Positions 1 to 14,061 of a stretch of DNA of 64,000 bases are shown piece by piece. The translations under genes and the position numbers were made by a program. The notes under the pieces are model-generated. The model was not told where the DNA came from, searched no databases, and worked only from the letters and a program-made list of their open reading frames with translations. Source of the stretch: an uncultured Saccharicrinis sp. (GTDB lineage Bacteria > Bacteroidota > Bacteroidia > Bacteroidales > Marinilabiliaceae); assembly GCA_963675435.1 (NCBI GenBank), contig OY776216.1, positions 4,518,082 to 4,582,081 on the forward strand. The letters run 5' to 3'. The number at the start of each line of letters is the position of its first letter. Within the stretch, counting starts at the first letter, position 1.

Positions 1-1254
1 AATCTTATTATTATCGATTTCATATTTACCTTTATCAATGTAGGCTTTTAATCTAGGCCAGAGATTGTATGTATAGGTAATTGCTTTTCCAATTGGACTC
101 TGGGGTACCACTTTATTAATGTTGCTTTTTAGCCATTGTTCTATTTCAATTAGGATAGGTCTTGCATATATGTTTCTGTACCTTTGTAAGGTGTTATGAT
201 TTATCAAACGCTCTTTTGCTGTTCTTTCTATTTTATAAAGCTTCTGCATCTTTTTAAGCATATACTCTGCCATATCTTTGTCGTAGTTCAAAGCTTTATC
301 AAAATAACGCCGGGCATGTGCCATGCAAGCTAAAAGCACAATATGTCCTTTGGTTTCCATGCTTTGATACGCAATATAACCATCAGTTTGCAATGAACCG
401 TTAAAATTTTTCAGCGTCTCTTCTGGTGCATCTTTATTTCTACCCGGATGATATTTAAAAAGAACTAATCCTTGCTCGGGTGATCGATAAACCCATTGGT
501 ATCCTGAAAATAAAGCGCCTTTCTTTTGTGAATCCTGAACTCCAATTGGAGATTCATCAGCTTGTAAATAATCACAATTTAAAACTTCTTTTTCCATTAA
601 GTGATACAAAGGATCCAATAGATCAGTTGCTTTGTTAAACCATCCATTCATTGTGGAATTGGTTAAATACAGCTTACTACGTTTGAAGATCTGTATTTGA
701 CGATAAAAAGGAAGATGATCAACATATTTTGCAACCAATATATAAGCTAATAAACTTGCTCCAGCATTTCCTTTGGGTATTGGCAAGGATGGTAATTCAG
801 CAATAACAACGCCTTGATTGTTTGGTTTTGCATATTTTGGACGAATAATTTTCCTAACAAATATTTGAGCAGGATTATATTCTAATATTTCAGTTATCTC
901 TTCACCAATTTTTCTTGAACCTGGCTCAATCAACTCTGGTTCAATTATTTCTTCTACTCGTGGAAAATGATCTGATATTTTTATGCGAATGGGAGTCTTC
1001 TTTTCTTTCTCTGGCTTTTTTCTTGTGTAATTAATCTGTTCAACTTCTGTTTCTGCTTCCTCTGTTTTTTCACCAAATAAATCTAATTGAGAAGCTTCTT
1101 GTGATGTGGGTACAAAACGTTCACTTTTACTGCCAAAAATTAGTCTTTGAAGCTCTTTTAACTGATGCTTTAAGTAATTATGTTCAGCCAAAAGCTTTTC
1201 ATATTCTGCCTTAGAAACGACTTCTTCATGTATGTCTTTTGTTTTGATTTCCAC
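1..1254 (-). CDS. IS66-family DDE transposase (TnpC), C-terminus cut by the window edge; apparent GTG start
   Basis: My own translation of the minus strand gives an open frame from GTG at 1254 to base 1. It ends ...GKYEIDNNKI, the conserved IS66 DNN motif region. It is not in the ORF track because it is open-ended. Confidence 0.8.
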   Translation of the reverse strand, partial: MEIKTKDIHEEVVSKAEYEKLLAEHNYLKHQLKELQRLIFGSKSERFVPTSQEASQLDLFGEKTEEAETEVEQINYTRKKPEKEKKTPIRIKISDHFPRVEEIIEPELIEPGSRKIGEEITEILEYNPAQIFVRKIIRPKYAKPNNQGVVIAELPSLPIPKGNAGASLLAYILVAKYVDHLPFYRQIQIFKRSKLYLTNSTMNGWFNKATDLLDPLYHLMEKEVLNCDYLQADESPIGVQDSQKKGALFSGYQWVYRSPEQGLVLFKYHPGRNKDAPEETLKNFNGSLQTDGYIAYQSMETKGHIVLLACMAHARRYFDKALNYDKDMAEYMLKKMQKLYKIERTAKERLINHNTLQRYRNIYARPILIEIEQWLKSNINKVVPQSPIGKAITYTYNLWPRLKAYIDKGKYEIDNNKI

Positions 1255-1309
1255 GCTTAAAAATAATCAAAACCCTTGTGATATCAATGGATTTAATGCA
1301 TTTTATCTT

Positions 1310-1654
1310 CTAGTGAAAACCTTTTTTTCGTCTAAGGTTTGTGATACAAATACCATCTATCAACATAACCATTTGAGCATAACTTAAAACATAACTCCCT
1401 TCATTTATATCATATCTGGGATATTCAAAAGTGCCTTTTTCAAGCCTTTTATAATACAAAACAAATCCACTTCCTTTCCAATGTAAAAGTTTTATTTTGT
1501 TTCTATTTTTATTGATAAAAACATAGACATCGCCATTCAATGGTGATTCCCCAAGATTATTTTTAACAAGGTCACATAGCCCATCGAAACTTTTTCGCAT
1601 ATCCGTAGCTTGTCCGTATAATTGAAATTTTAGATCGGATGACAATGTAAACAT
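1310..1654 (-). CDS. IS66 Orf2 / TnpB-like accessory protein
   Basis: 114 aa. The motifs DMRKSFDGL and KLL.W....VLYYKRLE are typical of IS66 Orf2. Confidence 0.9.
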   Translation of the reverse strand: MFTLSSDLKFQLYGQATDMRKSFDGLCDLVKNNLGESPLNGDVYVFINKNRNKIKLLHWKGSGFVLYYKRLEKGTFEYPRYDINEGSYVLSYAQMVMLIDGICITNLRRKKGFH

Positions 1655-1655
1655 A

Positions 1656-1979
1656 TCAATACAATTTTATGAGTTCTTTAATTGTTTCTATTGAAAATCC
1701 TTGGCTATAACGAAATATTACTCCATTGGGAAATTCAATCTCTTGATAGGTTTGTTCTGCTGTATTTTCAACTTTGACAGGGATAAATCCGGTAGGGCAT
1801 GGATCTGATTGTTTGGAGGCCTGCTCTTTATTAAACTTTGTTATCCAATATTTAAGTGAACCCACAGAAATTCCTTCTTTCTTACAAAAATCCGGCTGTC
1901 TTATGTGCCTCTTACTTTTATGCCACAGATCTACGATTCTTCGTGTTTCTGCATGACCTTCTATTACTCTTGTTTTCAT
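1656..1979 (-). CDS. IS66 Orf1 (HTH accessory protein)
   Basis: 107 aa, directly upstream of Orf2 with a 1-bp gap. The position and size fit IS66 orf1. Confidence 0.7.
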   Translation of the reverse strand: MKTRVIEGHAETRRIVDLWHKSKRHIRQPDFCKKEGISVGSLKYWITKFNKEQASKQSDPCPTGFIPVKVENTAEQTYQEIEFPNGVIFRYSQGFSIETIKELIKLY

Positions 1980-2143
1980 GTTGGAAAGCTCACAAAATCC
2001 CTGGTAATATGCAATGTGTAAATAACAGTATGCTTACCTGAGAACGAAGACCTACTACCCGGGAAACGATGGCTGTAGACTGTAGACTACGGGCTGCCGA
2101 CTGCTGGCTGCCGACTGTAGGCTACAGACTAAATAGGTATAAA

Positions 2144-2179
2144 TGCAAAAAGAGCAACTGAAACTTGTTCAATTGCTCT
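2144..2179 (-). terminator. Putative rho-independent terminator of the rRNA operon
   Basis: On the minus strand the stem is AGAGCAA...TTGCTCT, followed by TTTTTG, just downstream of the 5S gene. Confidence 0.6.
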
Positions 2180-2193
2180 TTCTTTTTAAAATC

Positions 2194-2300
<107 letters not shown>

Positions 2301-2361
2301 TATCTTTATGAATAACATACCAGCTCAATCAAAATCACTTGTCGTGCTTTAACGCCCAACT

Positions 2362-5153
<2,792 letters not shown>

Positions 5154-5321
5154 TGGTATAGCTTTAAAGCTCGCGCATTAAAGCCAACCTATGATTTTGA
5201 TTGTTTTGCCAATATGTCAATGTACGTTTTGTCTGTTTTAGACAATGTGAAATGCACTACTATAGAAAATAGTTTCTTTGTGAATTAATATTAATATTAA
5301 TTCGTGTTGTAAACTCTCTCC

Positions 5322-6845
<1,524 letters not shown>

Positions 6846-7097
6846 ATAAAAATTATTATGACTGATTTAACAGCCTGTTATTCTTTACAAGAGTTTTAAC
6901 TCAAAGAATCACTATTTTCCTTTTTAAGTGTGCATTTCAATATTTTCAAAGAACGTCTTCTCATCATTCAGCATCAAGGCATAAATAACTCGAAGTCTTT
7001 TATTTTGTAAACTTTACCAAAACTTCTTTTTAGTAAATGTTTATTTCAATCTTTTTAAACGCTCAACCTTCGTTGAACATTGCTCTAAAAGCGGATG

Positions 7098-7457
7098 CAA
7101 AGATAATAACTTTATTTCCTTTTCTCCAAATAAATTTTGAAATATTTTTATTAAATTTTCAAAGCTTATTTTCAACCTTAAAAAGTTATTTTTCAATAAC
7201 TTAACCCCTTTTCAAAGTCTTATCATTTTAGCATTTTGCCCTTCCTTAAAAGCGGCTGCAAAGATAAGTGATTTTAATTCTTAAATCCAAATAGAAATTG
7301 AAAAATTACTTCTTTTTTTCTTACTTTTTTGAATGCCTTAAAACCTCCTCTGTACCAGGTTTTCTCTCCCTTATAAAGTCATCATTATGTCATCTTTTAA
7401 TCGCGCCTTTCGTTCAAAGCGGCTGCAAAGAAACGGACTTTTTTTTTACTATCCAAA
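7098..7457 (-). promoter_or_regulatory. Three tandem candidate rRNA promoters (Bacteroidota -33 TTTG / -7 TAnnTTTG type)
   Basis: The repeated module AAGCGG(A/C)TGCAAAGA(T/A)A...CCAAATA occurs at about 7088, 7250 and 7416. On the minus strand it gives TATCTTTG (7105->7098, 7266->7259) or TTTCTTTG (7433->7426), with TTTG 20-21 nt upstream. Confidence 0.6.
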
Positions 7458-7596
7458 TAAAAAGTGACGATTTATTTTGCAGAAACAACAAGTTAAGTAG
7501 CAAACCTCTTTTTGTCAAGAGGTTAGTTGAGGTAAGTTTTTTATTTATTTTTTAGAATTGTAGAATCTGACATATGTAAAACCAACAAATCTCTAT

Positions 7597-7637
7597 AAAA
7601 AGAGGTTGTTCTTCTCTTTGAAAAACAACCTCTTTTA
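7597..7637. terminator. Hairpin terminator between trpB and the rRNA promoter region
   Basis: AAAAGAGGTTGTT-loop-AACAACCTCTTTT, flanked by A/T runs on both sides. Confidence 0.6.
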
Positions 7638-7679
7638 CGATATATATTATATAATCAGGTATCAAATATATAACCTGAC

Positions 7680-8912
7680 TTATTTCTTATCCACTATTCC
7701 AAAGTCTTTACCAAACTTTTCAACTACATAATCGATATCTTTATCTCCTCTACCGGATAAATTAACCAATATGGTTTGGTCTTTTGGAAGTTCTTTAGCC
7801 AACTTTAATGCATAAGCTACAGCATGCGAACTTTCCAATGCAGGAATGATTCCCTCTTTTCGTGCCAATTGCATAAAGGCATCTATAGCCTCTTTATCAC
7901 TTATGGTTTTATAATTAACACGCTCAATATCTTTCAAATACGAATGCTGTGGTCCCACTCCAGGATAGTCTAAGCCTGATGCTACTGTATTTACTGGCGC
8001 TGGTTGACCTTGCTCATCCTGCAATAAATAACACTTAAATCCATGGATCATTCCTGGTTTACCCATAGATAGTGTAGCAGCATGATCTCCGGTTTTAAAA
8101 CTGGTTCCTGCTGGCTCAATACCATAAATATTGACATCATCATCTTGTAAAAATGCAGAAAAGAGTCCCATTGCATTGGAACCTCCTCCAACACATGCTA
8201 CCAAATTATCTGGCAATTTACCTGTCATTTCCTGAAATTGCTCTTTTGCTTCGCGACCAATTACAGATTGAAAATCACGTACCATCATTGGGAAAGGATG
8301 CGGACCAACCACAGAACCTATTGCATACAGTTGCGTTTCGGGATCTTTCAAATAAGCATCAAACGCAGAATCTACTGCTTCTTTTAATGTTTTTAAGCCA
8401 TGAGTAGCCGGAATAACATTAGCGCCTAATATTTTCATTCGAACCACATTGGGATGCTCTTTGTAGATATCAACTTCTCCCATATGGATATCACACTCCA
8501 AACCAACTAGAGCAGCTGCTGTAGCTAAAGCTACACCATGCTGACCGGCTCCTGTTTCAGCAATAATTTTCTTCTTGCCCATTTTCTTGGCAAGTAAAGC
8601 TTCTCCTAAACAATGGTTAATTTTATGTGCCCCTGTGTGATTAAGATCTTCTCGCTTAAGATAGATTTGCGCACCACCTGCTATTTCGGAAAGATTTTTA
8701 GCATGGAATACGGGGGAAGGACGTCCTGTGTAATGTTTTTGTAAATAATATAACTCTTCTTTAAATACTGGATCATCCTTAATTTTTTCATACGCCTCAG
8801 TAATTTCCTTCATTACAGATTCCAGCATAGGTGGTACAAAACAACCTCCATACTCACCAAAAAATCCATCTTTATTAGGCATTACCTCATTGGCTAACAA
8901 TGATTTGTTCAT
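7680..8912 (-). CDS. trpB: Tryptophan synthase beta chain (stand-alone here; no trpA adjacent)
   Basis: 410 aa. Carries [16 protein letters not shown] (PLP lysine), AETGAGQHG and GGGSNAMG motifs. Confidence 0.9.
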   Translation of the reverse strand: MNKSLLANEVMPNKDGFFGEYGGCFVPPMLESVMKEITEAYEKIKDDPVFKEELYYLQKHYTGRPSPVFHAKNLSEIAGGAQIYLKREDLNHTGAHKINHCLGEALLAKKMGKKKIIAETGAGQHGVALATAAALVGLECDIHMGEVDIYKEHPNVVRMKILGANVIPATHGLKTLKEAVDSAFDAYLKDPETQLYAIGSVVGPHPFPMMVRDFQSVIGREAKEQFQEMTGKLPDNLVACVGGGSNAMGLFSAFLQDDDVNIYGIEPAGTSFKTGDHAATLSMGKPGMIHGFKCYLLQDEQGQPAPVNTVASGLDYPGVGPQHSYLKDIERVNYKTISDKEAIDAFMQLARKEGIIPALESSHAVAYALKLAKELPKDQTILVNLSGRGDKDIDYVVEKFGKDFGIVDKK

Positions 8913-9048
8913 TTTTATATTTTAAATGATAAACATAATTATTTTTAACGTTTCAATGTTAATCATTTTCTATATCAAGAACAAATCAAAACCATAGAAG
9001 TATTTAACTGTATGCAGTCGGTGTACTAATTAACTGAAGACTTAACTC

Positions 9049-9549
9049 CTACTCGCTCCTCTTTACAATACGAGCCATAATTTCCTGAGCAGAATCATGA
9101 CGCAACAATATCATGGGCATTGAAACACCCACAGCAATGGATAACAATACAAATACAGCCTTTAATCCATTTGATGTAGTTTCCTGCATAACCTGAATAT
9201 ACTCTTCGGAGGATAGTTGCCCTGTTAATTTTATTAAACCCAACATTGCCCTGTATGAAAATGCCCCTGGTATCATTGATATTATAGATGGTATAGCAAA
9301 AACATACATCGGTGAATGTTTATTATCTGCAGCCGGAATACTTAAAAAGCCTACTACAATAGCTGCTAAAAAGGTAGCTAAAACCACTTCCAACCCTAAT
9401 TCCATAGACATAAATTTAGTTACACCACAAACTGCTCCCATACCAAATATTACTATTAATGTTCGTTGAGGAACATTAAAAAGAATTGCAAAACCGACTG
9501 CTGCCAAGCCCGGCCACATCATACGTTCTATAATTTGAAGAATATCCAT
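9049..9549 (-). CDS. Threonine/serine exporter family protein (ThrE C-terminal-type, DUF3815-like)
   Basis: 166 aa polytopic membrane protein, paired with the upstream ThrE-type gene. Confidence 0.7.
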   Translation of the reverse strand: MDILQIIERMMWPGLAAVGFAILFNVPQRTLIVIFGMGAVCGVTKFMSMELGLEVVLATFLAAIVVGFLSIPAADNKHSPMYVFAIPSIISMIPGAFSYRAMLGLIKLTGQLSSEEYIQVMQETTSNGLKAVFVLLSIAVGVSMPMILLRHDSAQEIMARIVKRSE

Positions 9550-9554
9550 TGTTT

Positions 9555-10328
9555 TTAGATTTGATATATTAATAATGCAGAAGCTAACCCTAATGCTATA
9601 GCAAAAGCAATCATCATTCCGTTTACTCCACGCACAATACCATTCATTATATTCCCATAAATCAAATCGGAAAATGAATTAACCAATGGAACTCCGGGAA
9701 TTAAATACAATACTGATGTAGCAAAAGCATAATGCGGTTCTGCTCCAATATTAAACTTAACAGATAATCCTGATATTAATGATGAAACCAAGGCTGCTAT
9801 ATATATACACAAATAAGGATTATACTTTCGTTTCATTACCTCCTGACGAACAAACAAGCCAATAAAAGTTGCCACAAAAGCTACTAACATCTCAACAATT
9901 CCGCCACCAAACAAACGACAAAAGGACAAATCAGCCAATCCAACAAACAGCAAAATAATAATACGTGGGTAATGCGACAAACCTTTTAATCGTTCTAACT
10001 CCCGATCGATATCATCCATGGACCATTTTTCACCAACAATATTCCAACTCATTTTACTGATTCCACTCACCAGTTTAAAATTTACGCCATGAGGACTCGT
10101 TCGCTTTAACATATTAAAAGCATGTTTCTGCTCCGAATTTTCAAGATTAACCATCAATGCTCTGTGAGTTATCAATAATTCCGAATGAAAACCAAAAGCA
10201 TTAGCTATTCGTTCTAAAGTAACCCTTATCCGCATACTATTAGCTCCTGAACTCATCAATAAAGAGCCTATCTCCAACAAAATTGAACCTAAGCGCTCAA
10301 TCTGTTCTTTTGTAAAATTTTTGCCCAT
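9555..10328 (-). CDS. Threonine/serine exporter family protein (ThrE N-type, DUF1212-like)
   Basis: The ORF extends to 10382, but Met19 (MGKNFTKEQIERLG..., 10328) is the more plausible start. A soluble N-domain is followed by TM helices. Confidence 0.7.
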   Translation of the reverse strand: MGKNFTKEQIERLGSILLEIGSLLMSSGANSMRIRVTLERIANAFGFHSELLITHRALMVNLENSEQKHAFNMLKRTSPHGVNFKLVSGISKMSWNIVGEKWSMDDIDRELERLKGLSHYPRIIILLFVGLADLSFCRLFGGGIVEMLVAFVATFIGLFVRQEVMKRKYNPYLCIYIAALVSSLISGLSVKFNIGAEPHYAFATSVLYLIPGVPLVNSFSDLIYGNIMNGIVRGVNGMMIAFAIALGLASALLIYQI

Positions 10329-10790
10329 GATTTTAAAAATATTGTCGCAAAGGTATAGCTGTTCCTGCAATATTTTAAACAAATAGCGTTGTTTTTAAAT
10401 ATATATCGCTGCTAGATGTGATCCTTAAAACACATAGCACCTTATGAATCTGCTATATACATTTTATCTATCACAAATATAGTATTTATCATTGGTGTAA
10501 AATCACAAATAAACACCCATCTTTATTATATCATTTTTATACCCAAAGTTCCCTATATACATAAGCCATTCACACCATCCCGATGCTTTAGAAAAAAAGA
10601 TTTTACAATACGAACTACTTTTTCAAATTATTATAGTACTTTTGTATGTTGAAGTAATTGGTGAAAATTTCTTTCCTGTATTATTATTGTCATTCAATGT
10701 TCCTTCAAAACCATTGTTTGGTGCTACTCGTACTCTTAACGTAAATATTTTCCTGTTACTCACATATTTTTAATTTTAAAATCATATTGA

Positions 10791-11234
10791 ATGGGGAGAT
10801 CTCAAGAGACCTTTGGTAAAAAAGAAAAAGAAAAGAAAAGGCTTAAGAAACGTCAGGATAAACAAAAAAGAAAAGAAGAAAGAAAATCTAGCTCCGGTGG
10901 TGGTGGCTTAGATGATATGATTGCTTATGTTGATGAAAATGGAAGAATTGTTGATACTCCACCAGATCTTACTAAAAAGGAAGAGATTGATATAGAAAGC
11001 ATTGCAATTTCTGTAGCAAAAAAAGAAGAAGAGGATCCAATTAAAAAAGGAAGAGTTGAGTTTTTTAATCATGACAAAGGATATGGCTTTATTAAAGATT
11101 TAGATAGCCAGGAAAAACATTTTGTTCATGTTAATGGTTTGATTGATCCTATTAAAGAAGGTGATAAAGTACTTTTTGAGCTTGAAAAAGGATTAAAAGG
11201 CATGATTGCTGTAAGAGTACACATTAACAAATAA
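10791..11234 (+). CDS. Cold-shock-domain protein with a Lys/Arg-rich N-terminal extension
   Basis: The C-terminus GRVEFFNHDKGYGFIKD...HFVHVNGL is a CSD with an RNP1-like KGYGFI motif. The N-terminus is highly basic. A candidate TACTTTTG box at 10637-10644 would give a leader of about 140 nt. Confidence 0.8.
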   Translation: MGRSQETFGKKEKEKKRLKKRQDKQKRKEERKSSSGGGGLDDMIAYVDENGRIVDTPPDLTKKEEIDIESIAISVAKKEEEDPIKKGRVEFFNHDKGYGFIKDLDSQEKHFVHVNGLIDPIKEGDKVLFELEKGLKGMIAVRVHINK

Positions 11235-11333
11235 AACCAATTAGCTAATAAAAAAGTGTAAATGGTAAAAAATATATATGATGAACTATATTATTATTCA
11301 GATAATAATCTCATCTTAATATTTAAATTTATT

Positions 11334-11373
11334 AATAACCGATTTTTATTATAAAAAATAGAAATCGGTTATT
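11334..11373 (+). terminator. Hairpin terminator after the csp-like gene
   Basis: AATAACCGATTT-loop-AAATCGGTTATT followed by a T-rich tract. Confidence 0.6.
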
Positions 11374-11451
11374 TTATTTATTACTTCATGTTTTCAATTT
11401 ATTGCTAAAAAGAACCATTCTCCTAATAAATAAAAGAACGGCTCTTCCCAC

Positions 11452-13134
11452 TTACTCTACACTGACCAAATGCAAAGACTTATCGTACTCTAAAGAAGAA
11501 CGGGTTCTTGTTCCAGTTGCTTTGATTTGAAGGCTTTGAGGAATTTCACCATATACTTCTTTAAATATCTCAACTTCCTGTGGAGAGGTAAATATCACCC
11601 CTTTAAATTGATCTATATTTTGCTTTACAATACTATGATTTCTAATCTTTTGATAGACCTTAAGTTTATCAACCTGATTTCCTAATTTTACTAATCCTTT
11701 TCGCAAAACACTATGGGCTTGCTCTGAACCCGGAATTAAAATGTTTTCATCAACAACTCCTGACTGCTTATACTTTTGCAGCATTGCAGGAGAGGATTCT
11801 TCCCGACTGAAAGGTTGAACCAACAATCCTTTACTTCTTAAGGCTTCTGAAGTTGATTTTCCCAGACAATCAATTTTAATCGTCCCTAAATGTCTTACAT
11901 CCAAACCTAATTCAAATAACAAATCAAAAAAGTAATACACACTATATCTATTGGTAAAAACGATACGATGGTATTGATTAATTTTACTGACTATTAGTTT
12001 TTGCGCATCATATACATCTACCTTCTTGATGTTTATTAATGGTGTATGTACAATATTTTCATCTTTCTGCCAGTCATTTACCGAAACACCAGTATACAAC
12101 CATTTATCAGGATTATCCTGATATTGACGAGCTGTTTTTCCTACAATAATAATAGAAGGCGAAGGTAACCCTGAAGATTCATGCTGCAATCTTGCCAAAG
12201 TACCCCTGTAAATCTGCTGATTTGATTTAGAGGCATTGTGCACAATTCCCACAGGAGTATTTTCATGCCACCCTTCTTCAATAATTCGTGCAGCCAATTG
12301 TTGTTGTTGAGAAGCTCCCATATAAAACACCAAAGTGTCAGCTTTGGGAATTCGAAGCTTATTTAAATCATGCCCTGACAATAATGCCACCGACGAGGAT
12401 AAAGATCGCTCAGTTAATGGAATGATCGAGGATGCTGCTGCTGCAAAAGCACTGGTAATACCAGGAATAATTTCTGCATCAATCCATCTTTTTGCTAGGT
12501 AATGGTATTCTTCTGCTCCACGTCCGAAAATTAATGGATCACCTCCTTTAATACGAACCACATCTTTACCTTTTAAGGCAGCCTGGTACATCAATTCATT
12601 GATCTTATTCTGATCAAACTTATGTGCCCCCTTTCTTTTACCTACATAAATCTTTTCTGCACTGAATTTATTTAAATACTCCTGATCGATTAAATCATCG
12701 TAAAAAATAACATCCGCTTTGAGTAAATCAGATTCAGCTTTACGTGTAATTAAGCTATAGTCTCCGGGACCAAAACCTGCTAAGGAAACACTACCCCATT
12801 GTACTCGTTGGTCAAATTCTGAGAAAATTGTTTTCAATCGATCATTATTCCTCTCCCCAATCACCACCAAGTACTTTTGCAATGAAACTTGCTCCTCTTC
12901 CTTAAAATACGAAACATTATGAACTACTGCATAGATTTCCTGATCTCCATTTAGTGGATATGGAACATCCTGTCCTTCAACAATAGCTACAGAATTATTT
13001 ACATTTGATAAGGATTGAAATACATTACTTGCAGGCAATGCAATCTGATATGACAGATCAGATGCTACATAATGTATCCAACGCTCAACACTCACTATTG
13101 ATATACCATTGGTTAATACATTGATTGTATTCAT
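11452..13134 (-). CDS. Uroporphyrinogen-III C-methyltransferase / uroporphyrinogen-III synthase fusion with an extra N-terminal region of about 110 aa
   Basis: The SUMT motifs are VSLAGFGPGD and KGGDPLIFGRG. The C-terminal ~230 aa are HemD-like. Confidence 0.8.
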   Translation of the reverse strand: MNTINVLTNGISIVSVERWIHYVASDLSYQIALPASNVFQSLSNVNNSVAIVEGQDVPYPLNGDQEIYAVVHNVSYFKEEEQVSLQKYLVVIGERNNDRLKTIFSEFDQRVQWGSVSLAGFGPGDYSLITRKAESDLLKADVIFYDDLIDQEYLNKFSAEKIYVGKRKGAHKFDQNKINELMYQAALKGKDVVRIKGGDPLIFGRGAEEYHYLAKRWIDAEIIPGITSAFAAAASSIIPLTERSLSSSVALLSGHDLNKLRIPKADTLVFYMGASQQQQLAARIIEEGWHENTPVGIVHNASKSNQQIYRGTLARLQHESSGLPSPSIIIVGKTARQYQDNPDKWLYTGVSVNDWQKDENIVHTPLINIKKVDVYDAQKLIVSKINQYHRIVFTNRYSVYYFFDLLFELGLDVRHLGTIKIDCLGKSTSEALRSKGLLVQPFSREESSPAMLQKYKQSGVVDENILIPGSEQAHSVLRKGLVKLGNQVDKLKVYQKIRNHSIVKQNIDQFKGVIFTSPQEVEIFKEVYGEIPQSLQIKATGTRTRSSLEYDKSLHLVSVE

Positions 13135-13136
13135 GA

Positions 13137-13577
13137 TTATTCCTCCAAAAATAATTTGATCTGGTTTCGTAACTGAATTGAAGCTTTTACATTTTTTCCA
13201 TCTGAGCCAACTGCAACGGTCATATTATCATTAATCATAATAGCAGGAGAAACAAAGTCTGAATAATTACTATCATCGGCAATATTAACCAGACAATTGT
13301 ACGACTTTGCCTTATCACTAATCCTGTGATTCAATTCATGATCGTTTGTAGTTACATAAACCCAAAGATGACCTTGCAGATCCTCATTCTGAAATTTGCG
13401 TTCGATATATTCAACACCTTCAATCACCTTGATATCATCTAAAATTTCAGGAGCGATCACTTTAAAATGATCAGTAAACCTTTTTAGCAACTGTATTTTA
13501 TGCAAGGCAACCTTACCGCCTCCAATAACCAGAATTTGCTGATTGCTTAAATTGATGGAAATGGGTAGAAACTTCAT
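13137..13577 (-). CDS. Precorrin-2 dehydrogenase / sirohydrochlorin ferrochelatase (CysG N-domain/SirC-like)
   Basis: 146 aa with an NAD-binding ILVIGGGKVA motif. It lies next to the SUMT gene and the sulfite reductase genes. Confidence 0.75.
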   Translation of the reverse strand: MKFLPISINLSNQQILVIGGGKVALHKIQLLKRFTDHFKVIAPEILDDIKVIEGVEYIERKFQNEDLQGHLWVYVTTNDHELNHRISDKAKSYNCLVNIADDSNYSDFVSPAIMINDNMTVAVGSDGKNVKASIQLRNQIKLFLEE

Positions 13578-13807
13578 TATATAATATATTCTGGTTCTTT
13601 AGGTTTTTCTTTTCCAAGCTTTATTCTGTTCCAAACTCGCTCATGCCAGTAATACAAAAACAGCTTTGTAAATACTTCAACGCCACTAATAGATGCAGCC
13701 ATACCAACCTTTCCGGTAATAAGATAAGATACCAGAAAAGTATCTATAGTTCCTGTTACCCGCCAGGATATGGTTTTAATGAATGTCCTGTATCTTTTAT
13801 CTTTCAT
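13577..13807 (-). CDS. DUF2061-family small membrane protein
   Basis: 76 aa with the motifs KTISWRV.GT and HERVW, typical of DUF2061. It overlaps the downstream start by 1 nt. Confidence 0.6.
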   Translation of the reverse strand: MKDKRYRTFIKTISWRVTGTIDTFLVSYLITGKVGMAASISGVEVFTKLFLYYWHERVWNRIKLGKEKPKEPEYII

Positions 13808-14061
13808 CTTTTGCTATTTAGCTGTTTATCACTGGAAATCATTTATTACACCAGTAAATTTGAGTTGCCCTTTCTGGTGCATTCTGCAATTCCAATTTTG
13901 TACCCAACACACCACCTTGTTTGCATTGGGCTATATTAAACCGGGTTTTCAGTCCATGTAGAACATCTAAGTATAAAATAGAAATACTCTTAAAAAGAAG
14001 CCTCACAACCAAAATACTGCGAACTGAAATCTGCTGAATGACGACAATAAACTAACTCCTA

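Larger units (their letters stand above)
1..2037 (-). mobile_element. IS66-family insertion sequence, partial (runs off the left window edge)
   Basis: Classic three-gene IS66 layout on the minus strand (orf1, TnpB-like orf2, DDE transposase). The minus-strand end reads GTAAGC... at 2037->2032, like the usual IS66 terminal repeat start. Confidence 0.85.

Noticed and set aside
7298-7555. 85-aa ORF in the rRNA leader/promoter region.
   Set aside because: It is low-complexity and Phe/Leu-rich, overlaps the repeated promoter modules, and has no motif.
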